In this document: positions 1 to 12,118 of the stretch, one piece after another
Numbering within the stretch: the stretch's first letter is position 1
Layout: each line of letters starts with the position of its first letter
Source: Bilabrum cf. latius
Lineage: Eukaryota
Reading direction: 5' to 3'
DNA: 64,000 nt
Assembly (NCBI GenBank): GCA_965178125.1
Contig: OZ237772.1
Location: 248,001-312,000, forward strand
Program-made: the position numbers and the translations under genes
Notes under the pieces: model-generated
Told to the model about the DNA's origin: nothing
What the model saw: only the letters and a program-made list of their open reading frames with translations
The model's database searches: none

Positions 1-824
1 CCCTGCACGTACGGCTTGAAAGCCTCGTACGGGCCCTGTCGCTGGGGCATCTACGGACTCGTGAACCAGCAGCCTGCGGTGTGACGAGTGAATGGCAGGG
101 GTGGTATGTTGTGACGAGTGCGTGGACGCTTCCCATCCCATCAGACTGCAAGAAACGCCAGTCTGGTGGGATGCAGCGATGCAGCGCGTCGCTTTTCAGG
201 AAGCGCGCGCTGGCTATGACCCCAGAGCAGATGATGATAGTCTACACGCGCACATGCATCCAACGTTTTTTTTATAAATTCCCTCTCACCGTTGTGGTAG
301 CCGTTTTCAGGCTTGCATGGGTGTGTCAGATTGCCGGTTGCCTCGCCCAGCTCCGTGTGCCGGTGGCAGTCATCGTAGAGAACAAGACCCACCTTAATGC
401 CGTACTGGCTCGCGATCTCGATGGTCTTGTCGGTGGCCGCAAACAGGGTCTTCCCTTCGTCTTTGCGGAAGATGTGCGAGTGCAGAAAGAGCCGGATGGT
501 GTTGTAGCCCAGGACCTTTGAGGCGGCCGACAGGTCGGAATGTACCTGGTCCCAGAACTGGTCAGGATACGCAAGCCAGGCGTTACCTCCCGCTAAGGAA
601 GGAGTGTATTCGGCTCCAAACCACTGATGGGTGTCGTAAGGAGCTCCTGTTGGGGGGCGAGGAGTGTCGGCGCAGTTGGATCCTCCAACCGTTGCGGTCT
701 CGTACGGGAACCTCCCGTCGGTGGCAGCCGTGTAATGCGCGGCGAATCCAATCAGTCCAATGCATGCGATTGCGTGCTTCACAGACTTCATGATATATTC
801 GAAAGAGACTGCTGCAGTCGACAC
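1..824 (-). CDS. Secreted glycoside hydrolase, GH5-like TIM barrel (3' partial; GT-AG intron 74-289)
   Basis: Signal-like N-terminus; GYNTIRLFLHS and GLVLYDDC motifs; splicing gtgag...cgcag joins HNG to CWFTSP(TAG)MPQRQGPYEAFKPYVQG in frame. Confidence 0.65.
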
Positions 825-1281
825 TGCGAAGAAAGCAACGTTGAACGGGGGCGTGTTAGAGCCGAACTTTGCCAGCCAAATATACTAAAAGTAGTATGCG
901 AGACTCGCTGCAACACATGTCAAGCTACAAGTAGAGGAGCTTTACAGGCCACCAAATATTGCAGCAACCAAACCGATATGGCGCTGCATGCTCTATCGCA
1001 CCAGTCGTACGCAGGTACTAGGTGGTAAGAGAATGCTCGTTGCCCAACAATGAATGCCTCACAGTCTAATTATGCGAACCAGGTGCTATGTGCGACCCTC
1101 GCTGGTTGTGCTGAGCAAGAAATGCATTTTGCGCCCAGTTGCACTAGGCCTACGGCTTCCGGCTTCGCTGCCATCGACGCGCCGACACATTTAACGAACT
1201 TTCTGGCGGCCATTGGCATTGCAAGGCAATCCTGCTTAATTATCACAGTCTTTCTCGTGGTCTAGCGGGCATCGATTGGCA

Positions 1282-3597
1282 ATGCGATCGAAGAAGAGCG
1301 CCCGAGAGCTCGAGTCAGATGGATCCGCACTTCAAGGCTCCATCAACCAGGGTGCAGGATGCCCTCCCTGCTCCCCAGCCAGAATCATTGTTGATATCGA
1401 TGAACCATAGGGTCTGTCGAAGATGGGGTTCGGGGAGGCCATCGCGGACGACTACTAGAGACGGTGTGTTCACTTCGTGTCCGACTACTGGGGTTCGGAC
1501 GTGTGGACAGGGCTGACGGCATCGAGTACCATCACTATATTTCTAGCAACATTTGCGTCTACTGTTGCGCTGAGCGAGCTCGCGCGGTAGACTTGCGGGC
1601 AGTACATTGGGGCCACTGAGTACCTGCTGCTCAACAGCGTGGCTGGTATTATCCATTCAATTTTTGGGTGCCAGCCGTTCCTAGTGCTTCGTCCCACCGG
1701 ACCGATCACTTCGTTTATTCAGGAGATCTACAAGCTCTCCCTGCAGCTGGGCGTTTCGTTCCTGCCGTTCATGAGCTGGATCGGGCTCTTTGTGGGAATC
1801 TACATGTTGCTCGTTGCCGTGTTTGGGGGCTCCCACTACATCACATACTTGACGCGATTCGGTCACGACATGTTTGCTTTTTTTGTGTGCACGATATACA
1901 TCGTGGACGGCGTGCAGAACACGGCGAACCGCTTCGCCGTCGACCCGTTCGCAGAGGCTCTGTTCGAGCTGCTCATCTTTTTGCTCGTCGTGGCACTTGC
2001 TCTGTTTTGGTCGCAAGCCCAGGACTGGTCCACGGGTACGAAGGCCGTCCGCATCGTTACGGTGGAACTGGCGCTCACAGCAGCTGTCCTGGTGGGTGTT
2101 GCCGTGAGCTACTCGACGAATAGAACCGATGTGAACCGAGTGCTGATGCCTTCCTCCTTCTCGCCCACCGGATTCCGAGTCCCTCTGCCCGTCAACGAAT
2201 CGGGATCGGCTCCGAGTCCGCACGACCCCGACCCGGACCCGGACAAAGACTATCATCACATCCCGCGGCCCTGGTTTGTTGGCCTGCAGGCCGGGGGCAG
2301 GTGGGCGCCAGAGTCCGAGGCGGACAGGTGGAGGGGCAACGATGGTCGCGGTGCGGGTGGTGTGACGAGTACTGATGGCGTGACGAGTGAGGTCTGGGAG
2401 GGATTGCCGGGCAGCTCGGCGACGCCCAGCTGGCTGCCGGGCGTGGCGGCAGTTGCGGCCATCCCAGTGGCTGCGTGGTTCTACGTAGACCAGAACATGA
2501 GCAGCCTCTTGACCCAGACGCCCACCAGGGGACTCAGGAAAGGCTCGTACTACTCCTCTAGCTTCCTTGTTATGGCTATCCTCAACATGGTGGCTCCCAT
2601 GTTTGGCCTGCCCTTCGTGACTGGCAGCTTGCCGCACAGCCCCTAGTTCGCCATCGCGCTGACAGATGACCCCAACCAGCACAGGGACGATGAGGACAGC
2701 AAAGCATCGGAACTCGGGCAAGCCGCATCTTTGTCTTCGCATGCTGACAGTGAATAGACCGGTACTATTCGCAAGAGAATCTCAGTGCACGGTACCTATG
2801 AGATGGTGGACGAGCACGGCAAGTGGAGAGATACGGGAGAACCCGCCCCCCAGGGGATTTCACCCCCCGGTGCGGGGGCACCGTAGGTTGCAACCGCAGC
2901 CATCTAGAAGGAGGGAGCACCTCCTCAGAAGCGCGTGCACGAAAACAGGTGGGCGCCCATCCTCATGTACCTTCTGATCGGCCTGACACTCACCGTGCCA
3001 AGCGTGCTCACTGCCATTCCGGACGGGGCTGTGAATGGCATCCTGACGTACGTTGGGCTTGCAGGGCTATTTGTGGACAATGACCTGTACACCAGGATGT
3101 GGCTGCTGTTCGGGACCCCCACTCCAAAGCAGAGGAAAGAGCTCCCTTTCACTGACGAGCGGGTGGTGACCCGCTGGAAGATGCACCAGTTCACGGCCAT
3201 CCAGGTGCTTTTGATCGGAGCTAGCTGGGGCATCAAGGTCAGTCCCGCGGGTCTGGCATTCCCAATTGTAGTGTGCTGTTTCGTGCCGATCCGTGCGTAT
3301 TTGCTCCCGATGCTTTTCTCCGAGGAGGAGCTGGAGGCTCTGGATCGCGAGGGCGAATACGAGGAAATCGTGCCTTCACACCACCACCACAATCATCCGC
3401 AGCAGGATGACATTGGGGACGATGACCGTACTGGTGGGGTCACAGGTCCAATTGATGGCTTGCCCCGCGGTTCTGGTGGGCATGGAAGGCGCGCAACGGG
3501 TAGAGATTGGGTGTCTGCCGGTGATGAGGACGGGGGTCTTGATGACGGTTCAGATGCAAAGCCATCGACCCCGCTGATCTCAAGTAACGGGCGGTGA
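1282..3597 (+). CDS. SLC4-family bicarbonate/borate transporter (771 aa with TAG=Gln)
   Basis: One continuous frame across 7 TAG codons ending at TGA; motifs GCQPFLVLRPTGP, YLTRF, YVDQN, LRKGSYY, FGLPFVTGSLPHSP(Q)F, VHENR. Confidence 0.9.
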
Positions 3598-4067
3598 TTA
3601 GAGCCTAGGGGTTTTGGAAATTTCTTGGCAATTATTTGCATTATTTTCTTGTGTTTCGACTTATGCTTACCTGTAGAGCAAACGTCAAGGCACACGATAC
3701 AATGTACTCTTCGTGCGGCGTCGTGACGAGTGCGGAAGCTTCGCGGAAAGCTCTTCTCAACGGCAAGCATCCCTCGAGCATACACGCGTGCTGTCTGGCA
3801 AATAAGGAAAAAAATGATAACTCCGATTGTTTTTTGCGCTATCCCGGCCCTTGCTTTTCAGTAGCATCTCCAGGTCCTCGAGGAAGCATCGTCACTTATT
3901 GAAGCAAGGGTGAGGCAAACACCAATGCCTGCACTGATGTTCAATTAATCCTATGCTTAACCACACCAGTATAATGAATATATGCCTGTCCCCACGGTTT
4001 ATGGAGATATGGGGCTTGCAATTTTCGAAAACGTGCGATTGAGGTTTGCTCCTTACCCGCTCGCTCG

Positions 4068-4371
4068 TTGCAGATCCTCGATCGAATGCCAGGTTTCTCT
4101 GGCATAGTCTCGAGCAATGCGCGTAGACTTGACCAGCATGTATCTGGAAGTCAGGAGCTCCGCAAACATACGGATCGGGTTGCTGCGCTCACCAAAGACG
4201 ACCCGTCGGCCTACTGCAAGCAGCACCCGGAAGCTGGCTGCTGCAAGCAGCTCCAGCCGGTGCTTGACGAGTGCGCGCCCTACTTTGGCAAAGACCCTAG
4301 CCCGCAGAAACTGTGTCCTTCCGACTGCGCCGCCAAGCTTCGTGTCCTGGCAAAGAGCCTCCCTGCCAGCG
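4068..4371 (+). pseudogene. 5' part of a host Cys-rich protein gene interrupted by the virophage insertion
   Basis: Frame ...KLRVLAKSLPAS rejoins in frame with GERDGVCASAIQG... at 29188 after removing the element and one CAGCG; true start or upstream exon uncertain. Confidence 0.75.
4367..4371 (+). repeat. Target site duplication, left copy (CAGCG)
   Basis: CAGCG directly precedes TG at 4372 and directly follows CA at 29182. Confidence 0.9.
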
Positions 4372-4472
4372 TGTTATCCGCCAAAATGTGTGTAGTTTTT
4401 ATATAAGTAAACTCTATTTCTACTATATAGTAGAAATAGAGTTATCATAACTCCACATTTTGGCGGATAACA
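4372..4472. other. Left terminal 101-bp imperfect hairpin
   Basis: TGTTATCCGCCAAAATGTG/CACATTTTGGCGGATAACA outer stem, perfect inner palindrome AACTCTATTTCTACTATATAGTAGAAATAGAGTT, asymmetric internal loop. Confidence 0.92.
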
Positions 4473-5904
4473 TAAGAGGTCAATATTAACCACTTCACAA
4501 CATCTTAAGCCGTAGTCCTTCATAATGTCCTTCACTTGAACATAATAATTTAATAGCTATTTATTCATATATCTACCTAATTTAATACCTTCGCGCCGTT
4601 AATGTCTATCTGTTAGACCTTTACTTTACTTAATCTGTTGAGTGAATCCCTAGCCTAAGTCTTAGGATATGCCCGCCCGAAATTGCGGAAATATATAGTC
4701 ATTTAAGAATATATGTTCGCAATTCTGGGCGCGTAGGTGTATTGAGTTTTATATTATGATTTGGTTTTAAGTATCAATTGACATTTACCACTTTAGAAAA
4801 TAACTAAATAAATACTTAAAGAGATTGACAGAAGTATTAAAGTCTTTTTAATACTTCCAATGAAAAATTTAAATTAATAAATAAAACTAAACTAATATAT
4901 CAACTTAATTTATCTCTTTTTTTATTACTTGTCAATCTATACTTAAATAATTGAATATTTAAATATAACTAGAAGGAGATATTAATCACTTTATAAAGTC
5001 TTTTATATGTCATCTCTTCAAAACTTCAAATATAAGGGTATCCCCTTAAAAATACATTCTTTTATCTATCGCCCGAAATTGCGGTAATATTATAGCTATT
5101 CAAGATATATTTCTGCAATTCTGGGCGCGTAGGTGTATTGATTTTTATTTTTCATAATTCTTTAAATATGTTAAAGTCCTTTGTTTGAGTATATGATATA
5201 AAGGAATACAAAGCGGGATAACTTAAAAATGATAAATGTTTTGACGATGACTTTAAAATGACTCAATGAACTGGTTTATGTCAAGTGTATTACTTTGAAA
5301 TGATTAATCACTAGATTAAATGGAAAATATAGGATAATAAAATATGGTATAGTATAATACTAGCGCCCGAAATTGCGGTAATATATTAGGATATTAAGAT
5401 ATATTGTCGCAATTCTGGGCGCGTAGGTGTATTGAGTTTTATATTTTGTTAATTTTGACATAGTTATCTTATAGAGGTGTAATTTTGTAATAAAGATATT
5501 TCTAGTATGTGCTATATTAAATGTCCAGAAATGACGGCCCGAAATTGCGGAAATATATTAGGATATTAAGAGATATTGTCGCAATTCTGGGCGCGTAGGT
5601 GTCTTCAATAATTAATAATCAACTACTTCTTTATTTTGATTAATTTTTTTGACTTACCGTTCATTTTATTGACCACTTAACGGGATATCACAAAAAGACT
5701 TAACCACTTGACGAGATATTTTAAAATAACTAATAATAAATATGACCGCCCCAAATTGTATCTCCAGATATGACCGCCCCAAATTGTATCTCCAGATATG
5801 ACCGCCCCAAATTGCGGAAATATATAAGTATCAAGAAAATTATGTTTGCAATTCTGGGCGCTCACCCGTATTCAATTTTACATATTCACTAACTCATACC
5901 ACTT
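4372..5904 (+). repeat. Left terminal inverted repeat (1533 bp)
   Basis: Reverse complement of 27678-29182 apart from the asymmetric hairpin bulges and one extra 28-bp unit. Confidence 0.92.
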
Positions 5905-6095
5905 GAAGTGGTCCATTTGATCTTGTGTTCATATTTAGAATGTCCTTTAACTTGTATCAATGTATTGAGTACTTCTTCTAACTAGTCCTTAACAAATGAT
6001 TTTGTCTTATGATATGTCTTGGTAGTCTTCACCTATTTAATAACTAATTTACAAGTCTTACCGACAATATACTAAGTTAATAAATCTTGTATCAT
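5886..6095 (-). CDS. Small viral hypothetical protein (69 aa, TAG=Gln)
   Basis: ATG in AT-rich context, open through TAG codons to TGA; divergent from the 6104 gene. Confidence 0.5.
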
Positions 6096-6103
6096 AATAT
6101 ATT

Positions 6104-6511
6104 ATGTATGAGATAATTATTGATGGATTCAAATATAAACCCTCTACTCGTAGAAATAAGAAATATGATGTATTCAAAAATGGTAAGTATATCACTAGCT
6201 TTGGTGATGCACGATATGCTCAATACTTTGATTTGATTGGTAAGTATGGAGATAATAACCATATTGACCCTAAAAGACGACGCCTATACTACCGAAGACA
6301 CGGGAAGACTACCGATACTAATAGCTCAAAATATCACAGTCATAAAATCTTATGGGGAAGTGATAATGCTATAAAGGACTACTTAACAAAACTAGCCAAT
6401 GGAGTATTAGATGTAAAAAGGTATGTTAAAGGGGATACTTTGGAAAAATGGTTAGATGACTATAGGTCTAAAGTGGACGCAAGACTGAAACAATTAAAAA
6501 TATTAAATTAA
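6104..6511 (+). CDS. Basic viral protein resembling a small conserved NCLDV/virophage family (DUF5754-like)
   Basis: PSTRRNKKYDV...SFGDARY..Y...H.DPKRRRLYYRRH...ILW pattern recalled from large-DNA-virus proteins; TAA stop. Confidence 0.6.
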   Translation: MYEIIIDGFKYKPSTRRNKKYDVFKNGKYITSFGDARYAQYFDLIGKYGDNNHIDPKRRRLYYRRHGKTTDTNSSKYHSHKILWGSDNAIKDYLTKLANGVLDVKRYVKGDTLEKWLDDYRSKVDARLKQLKILN

Positions 6512-6668
6512 AAAGTCAATACGCCTAAACGCCCAGAATTGCGAAAATATATCTTGAATAGCTATAATATTACCGCAATTTCGGGCGCCCAAATTTGAAT
6601 CGAGCTTAAGACATCTCGTTTAATTAGACTTAAAAATAATATATTATTATAGTATATACTATATTATA

Positions 6669-7202
6669 ATGTGCTATAAATGTCGTAACTTCATAATCAA
6701 TAAGCTAAAGATTAATGACTGGAATAAGATAGCCCCTCTATTAATACCAGCTGGAGAGACTAGAGAAGAAGACGGAAAGTGTATCTGTGATCACCAAATT
6801 AAGGAAGTTCATTTCGTTGAGTATCCCCCAACTGGTGATATATTTAAATTAGGTTCTGAATGTATTAATAACACATTCGAAAAGGATCATGATGTGTATA
6901 AGGCTTGTATGTATAAGACTTGTGATGTATGCTCTTGTGTTGTTAAACGTAGTAGCTGGAAAAGTCATATTAAATCCATTAAACACGAATTAAATAAAGA
7001 CATATTAAAAGATAAGAGTAGATGCACTGATTGCGATGAGTTCATTGAAAAACATCAATATAAAAAGACTTGTCTTAGTTGTTATAATAAAAAGAGGAAA
7101 TACTCACAATGTAAGAAATGTGAAAAGTATCTTATTAAACCAGGAGCCACTTTCTGGTTTTGTTATGACTGTAACTAGAAGAGAAAGAAATATAAGAAAT
7201 AA
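6669..7202 (+). CDS. Multi-zinc-finger viral protein
   Basis: CICDH...GSECI, C2H2-like CDVC...HIKSIKH and several CxxC pairs; reads through TAG 7176 to TAA 7200. Confidence 0.75.
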
Positions 7203-7242
7203 TGTTTAATTTACGCCAACATATTATATCGTCTTTATATAT

Positions 7243-7476
7243 ATGTACGACTTGAAAATTATAATGTCTCCCAAGTTTTTAAAAGCTTGTAAAAATAATA
7301 AAGTTATTGAAAAGGCTATAAAAGCTATAGAGGACAATTTAAAAGATGAAATTAAATTATGTTTTGATGGCAATGAGTGGGATATGTCAAATGGATCATA
7401 GACTCTTTTTTATAATCTTCAAAGTAAAGAAGAACGAGAAGAAATATTAAAGAAAAATGGAACAATTACAGCATAA
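7243..7476 (+). CDS. Small viral hypothetical protein (77 aa)
   Basis: Preceded by CGCCAA...TATATAT motif; one TAG; TAA stop. Confidence 0.6.
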
Positions 7477-7562
7477 ACAACTAGAAGAAATAACAGAAGA
7501 CAATATGTTAAAAAATCGTTTAATTAACGCCAAAATTTATATCTACTATATATATAGTAAAT

Positions 7563-9218
7563 ATGACTAATAAAGGCAAGACATACACTAGAGGTAAAAT
7601 ATCTTACACGTATGGTGATGAACCGACAAAAAATCAAAAAGATAGTGATAATTTAGAAGCCACTATTAAGGGACTACTTGATAAAGGATTTGAAGAGGTA
7701 CCAACTACCAAAGCAAGTATTAAAAAAATACCTTTATATTCTTATGTATCTTATGTAAGTAATATCAAGGGAAAGCCACTATTTAGAAGAGGTGGGGTAA
7801 TTAACTCAATATAGAAGGATGGAGACTATTTCACTTTATATAACTTAGTGAGTCGTGTTCATTTTAGCGTTCAATAGTCTAACCTAGTTCGTCTTTTTTA
7901 TAAGATGACTAAAGCTTAGACGAAAAAACTTAATAAACCAACCGGTAAATTAATTGAAGTAGAAGATGAGGACGACAAAGACAAATTTAATTATAAACCA
8001 ATATTAAAGAAACTATATTATGAAGAAGGTAATGTAGTCAGTCGTGATGCGTTATATGACCTAGCTAGACAAAAAGATAAACGTATTAAAAGACGACAAG
8101 TAGAAAAGTGGTTAAATAACTAGATGCTCCACCAATTGACCAAAAAACGACCTAAACAGTCAGCAGTAAGTTCTTTTGTACCTACTAAGCCTTTCTCAAT
8201 TTACGCCTTGGACTTAATAGACATGCAAAAGTATTCAGACACTAATGACGGCTATAATTGGATATTAAATATAATGGATATATTCACAAAATACCTATGG
8301 AGTATTTCATTAAAAGATAAGACATTAGTTAATATAATTCGTGAGATGAAGAAACTATTTAAGAAACCTAATTGGAGAAAACCGACTGTTATGTTAAGTG
8401 ATAATGAGTTTAATAAAGAGGCATATATTAAATTTATGAATGACAATGACATAAAACCACTATTCACCATCGCAGGAAATCCATAGTCTAATGGTGCAGT
8501 TGAAAGACTTAATAGGACTATAAAAGAATAGATTAGAAAAGACTTTGCTATTAAGAATGACAGTGATGGTGTTTGGCATACGTCATTATAGAGACTAGTA
8601 AGAGCATATAATAAGAGAAAACACAACACTATAGGAATGTCTCCACTAGAAGCAATGAAACCCGAAAATTTAGAAGTAGTTAGATCTAGAATTGAAAATA
8701 AGAAATTATCAAATAATTTTGACGGGAATGATAAAGATCTTAATGTAGGGGATAGAGTTAGAGTATTACTTGAGAAGAACAAGTTTAAAGGAAATTTATT
8801 TAATTGGTCTAGAGAAGTCTTCACTGTTAGATAGAAGACCAAACCAAGAAATCCTAAGTAGAGGATTAAATATAAAGTAATGGACAAAGAGGGAGAACCT
8901 CTTACTGGATTCTTTAATGCTTCACAGTTATAGAAAATAGACAATGTAGAACACGAAGATAAGGTAAATGATGACATAGACAAGGAAAGTGAAGAGCCTG
9001 AAATTGATAATGTTGAAGGTTTAGAAGTAGAACCAGACACAATAGAGAAGTTTTTAGATAAAAGACAAAATAAAGATAGACTTATTGAATACTTAGTCAA
9101 ATATAAGGGATATTCTAATAAGTTTAATGAATGGATTACCCGTAAGAAATTAGAATAGGATTATGGGAAAGACCAAATACGACCACTTGCGAAAGACTAT
9201 TCTGATAGATAGAGATAA
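7563..9218 (+). CDS. Retroviral-type (rve) DDE integrase with C-terminal chromodomain (551 aa)
   Basis: Single frame through ~12 TAG codons; YALDLIDM, MLSDNEF, NP(TAG=Q)SNGAVERLNRTIK; chromo-like IEKFLDKR...EYLVKYKGYSNKFNEW; TAA stop. Confidence 0.95.
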
Positions 9219-9448
9219 TTAATCTAGTAATATACTTTATGGCATAATACCAGCGCCCCAAATTGCGATAATATATTAGGATATTAAGATATATTTCCGC
9301 AATTCTGGGCGCGTAGGTGTATTGATTTTTATAATTTTATCATTTTATGTTAGCCAGTGTATAGATACGACTTTTGAAATATTAATTTTTTCTAGTATTT
9401 ACCATATTAATATAAAACAAAGTCAAAGAAATTATTTATAATAAGTAT

Positions 9449-10129
9449 ATGGAATTGTTAAATATAACAAGATACAAAAATAAAGACCTTCTAAAAAGAG
9501 TAGTCAAGTTAAGTGAAAAGTACAAGTGGTCTCGTGATGACTTAAAAATGTTATGGATTAACAAGCATTATTCAAGTTTATAGGGTGAAATAGATGATGA
9601 AGGGGACGAGATAGCAACTATAAATTTAGTGAGACAACCGTCTAAAATAGAACCTATCTAGTTAAAACCTCCACAATTAGAACGACAATAGGCTATATTG
9701 GAAGATGTTGAATTAGATAGCGAAGACATAGAGGATAATAAAGAGGAAGACTATTTGAATGATACATATAGTGATACAAGTAGTGAAGTAGTGAGTGAAG
9801 TCATTGAAGAGAAACCAATTAAAGAGAAACCAAAACCAAAAATCAATATTAGTGATCTTACAGTGAGTGATAAACCTGAATATGTTTATTGTGTAGAGAT
9901 TAATGATACAAAGGTATATTTTAACAAAAAGAATACATAGACTTATCCTGATGCTTTAAGAAGAGGTAAATCACACGCTGATAAAATGAGAAAGCGAGTA
10001 TTAGGACATATTCATTTTGATGAGACCGATATGTATGACAGCAACTTATGGTATGCTAAAGTGTGCTGGGGTGATAGTGATAAAATTCATGATAACTTTA
10101 CAAAGTTTAAAAATATCTTATTAAAATGA
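9449..10129 (+). CDS. Viral hypothetical protein with acidic central region (226 aa)
   Basis: Continuous frame with TAG=Gln ending at TGA. Confidence 0.7.
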
Positions 10130-10148
10130 CCACTATATATATAGGTAA

Positions 10149-10853
10149 ATGAAAAACACAATTTGGAAGTTTTTAAATGAATACTTTGATGTCTTTAGTT
10201 TAATACTTAAAATACGAGACGAAAACCCTAGTGATGTCATAAGTACTATAATAGCAATGTATGAAGAGAGCGAAATAGAAGACCCAAAAGAGATCCATAA
10301 ACATATGAGTGAAATACGTCATAACTTGGAACTTAGATTTAAAACAAAGTATGTTGAAGTATTAAGCACAGATCACGATGACAAAGCAGAAAGTTATCTC
10401 CATCTTAATAATATATTATGTAATATTGAAGGAGAGCAATATGTGGAGGATAGCAAAATCAAGATGTCCGAGAAAAAACAAGTATTTATAAAGACTTACG
10501 GTGATGTGGATAAATTCAATGACAAAACAACGGCATGAGCCGGAACGGCCACTGCCGCGCTGCCCCGCCCCCTTCCCTAAGGAAGGAGACGAGGGAATGC
10601 CTCGCAAGCTGCTGGTCGCACTGGCGGTTGCAACCTCGCGTTGGTAGACCGGAGCCTGTGTTCGAGTCTCGAACGCATCGCCACATCAACCCCGAACCCC
10701 ATTCGGCGTTAGCATTACGAGACTGTCCAAGAGATGGAACAAGAAGACGAAAAGACTAAAACAGGAGTAGAAAAAGAAATAGATCAAAAGTTAAGTCTAT
10801 TATGTAATACTTCTAAACAACCAGACAATATTTGTCTAGATTATAAATTGTAA
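10149..10853 (+). pseudogene. Viral hypothetical gene interrupted by a GC-rich insertion
   Basis: Same frame resumes after the insert (ETVQEMEQEDEKTK...DYKL, TAA); the insert introduces TGA at 10536. Confidence 0.7.
10502..10717 (+). mobile_element. Short GC-rich nested element, diverged relative of the 14912-15562 copies (left boundary 10502-10527 uncertain)
   Basis: Shares CCGCCCCT, TCGCAAGC, TGGTCGCAC, CGGTYGCAACC and CATCAACMCCGAACCCCATYCGGCGTTAG with the minus strand of 14912-15562. Confidence 0.7.
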
Positions 10854-10965
10854 TATCAGTATGTATTTTAATTATAAAAATACAAATTGACAGGTTAGAT
10901 ACGACCGCCCCAAATTGCGGATATATTATAGCTATTCAAGATATATTTTCGCAATTCTGGGCGTC

Positions 10966-11280
10966 TCACCGTGTTGATTTTTCCACACGTTTTAACTCAT
11001 TCATAATTTCTAAATCAAGTAAGCCATTAATAATACGAAAATCTTTGTAATCTTGCGCCATCTAAAACATTCCTTCATATTTAGGCAACATAGCCATTTT
11101 AAGACCTAGGATAGACTTAATATCTTCGTAGGTAATAATCTAGTCTTTTTCTACTTCTTTTAGCTCTTCAACTTCACAAATACGAAGGTCCTTTCCATCA
11201 AAAAATTGATCAAAAGCTGTCTTTACCTTTTTTAATATATTGTTCAAACTTTTTATGTTATAAATATTATTAAAGTTCAT
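10966..11280 (-). CDS. Viral hypothetical protein (104 aa)
   Basis: CGCCAAAAAATATTTACTATATATATATAGAAATG promoter/start; two TAG; TGA stop; bounded by two palindromic repeats. Confidence 0.7.
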
Positions 11281-11436
11281 TTCTATATATATATAGTAAA
11301 TATTTTTTGGCGGAATAATTAAACTTAGGATCTAACCGCCCGAAATTGCGGAAATATTATAGCTATTCAAGATATATTTGTGCAATTCTGGGCGCGTAGG
11401 CGTATTGACTTTTGTATTATTTTGTATTTATTTGTA

Positions 11437-12075
11437 TTATATTTGGTACCCTAACTAGAGGCAATTCCTCAATTTATCGTGAAGCTATTCGTAAGTATTA
11501 TAAATGTAATAGCTAGAAGGGTTCAACTCTTTGATATAAGAGTTACGGTCTTCTAACATAGACTTCTATTTATCTACTTTCTAATTCTTTAAAGTCTTCT
11601 AGAATAGTGAATTAGATGGAAGACATACAACTATACTTTCTTTTTTAAATAACTCATTAGCTAGACTTAACTCTTTAGTAAAGAATATTACTCTCTTCTC
11701 GCTACCTTCATTCAACCAGTTATCTTTTACCCATTGAAGGGCTTCTTTACTGGCTTTTCTATTAAGTATATTATAATTACCCCAATCACTTTTTAACTTA
11801 CATTCGTCTAGTTTCATAAGTAATTCGGGCTCCTAGACATATACTCCTAGAGTACTATCTAAATCAACAAGTAAACAGTCTTTAGAACTAGACCGTAATA
11901 TTTGACAAGCGGTAGACTTACCACTACCTTCAGGCACACAGATACATATTTTTTTACGTTTATGTAAAGGTTTATCCCATAACCACTACCAACAAGACAT
12001 ACCACCAGAGTATGCTAGAGGTAGTAAGACACTTAAACCTCCTACAACGACACTGCTTGAACTGATTCCATCCAT
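11437..12075 (-). CDS. P-loop NTPase/kinase-like protein with hydrophobic N-terminus (212 aa)
   Basis: ICICVPEGSGKST followed by LLVDLD; continuous with TAG=Gln; TAA stop. Confidence 0.65.
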
Positions 12076-12118
12076 TTTATTATATTAATAAAAAAGATAT
12101 TTCTATAATTAAACTCAA

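Noticed and set aside
4674-5870. Repeat-spacer pattern in the TIR resembling a CRISPR array
   Set aside because: Repeats ~70 bp and degenerate, spacers ~100-330 bp and unequal, no cas genes, eukaryotic viral context
4372-5904. Left TIR length (1533 bp) equals the host tandem-repeat unit length (1533 bp)
   Set aside because: No sequence similarity; the right TIR is 1505 bp; coincidence
8252-9100. 282-aa minus-strand ORF
   Set aside because: Antisense to the integrase; no motifs; same for the 13186-13443 and 24791-25066 shadows
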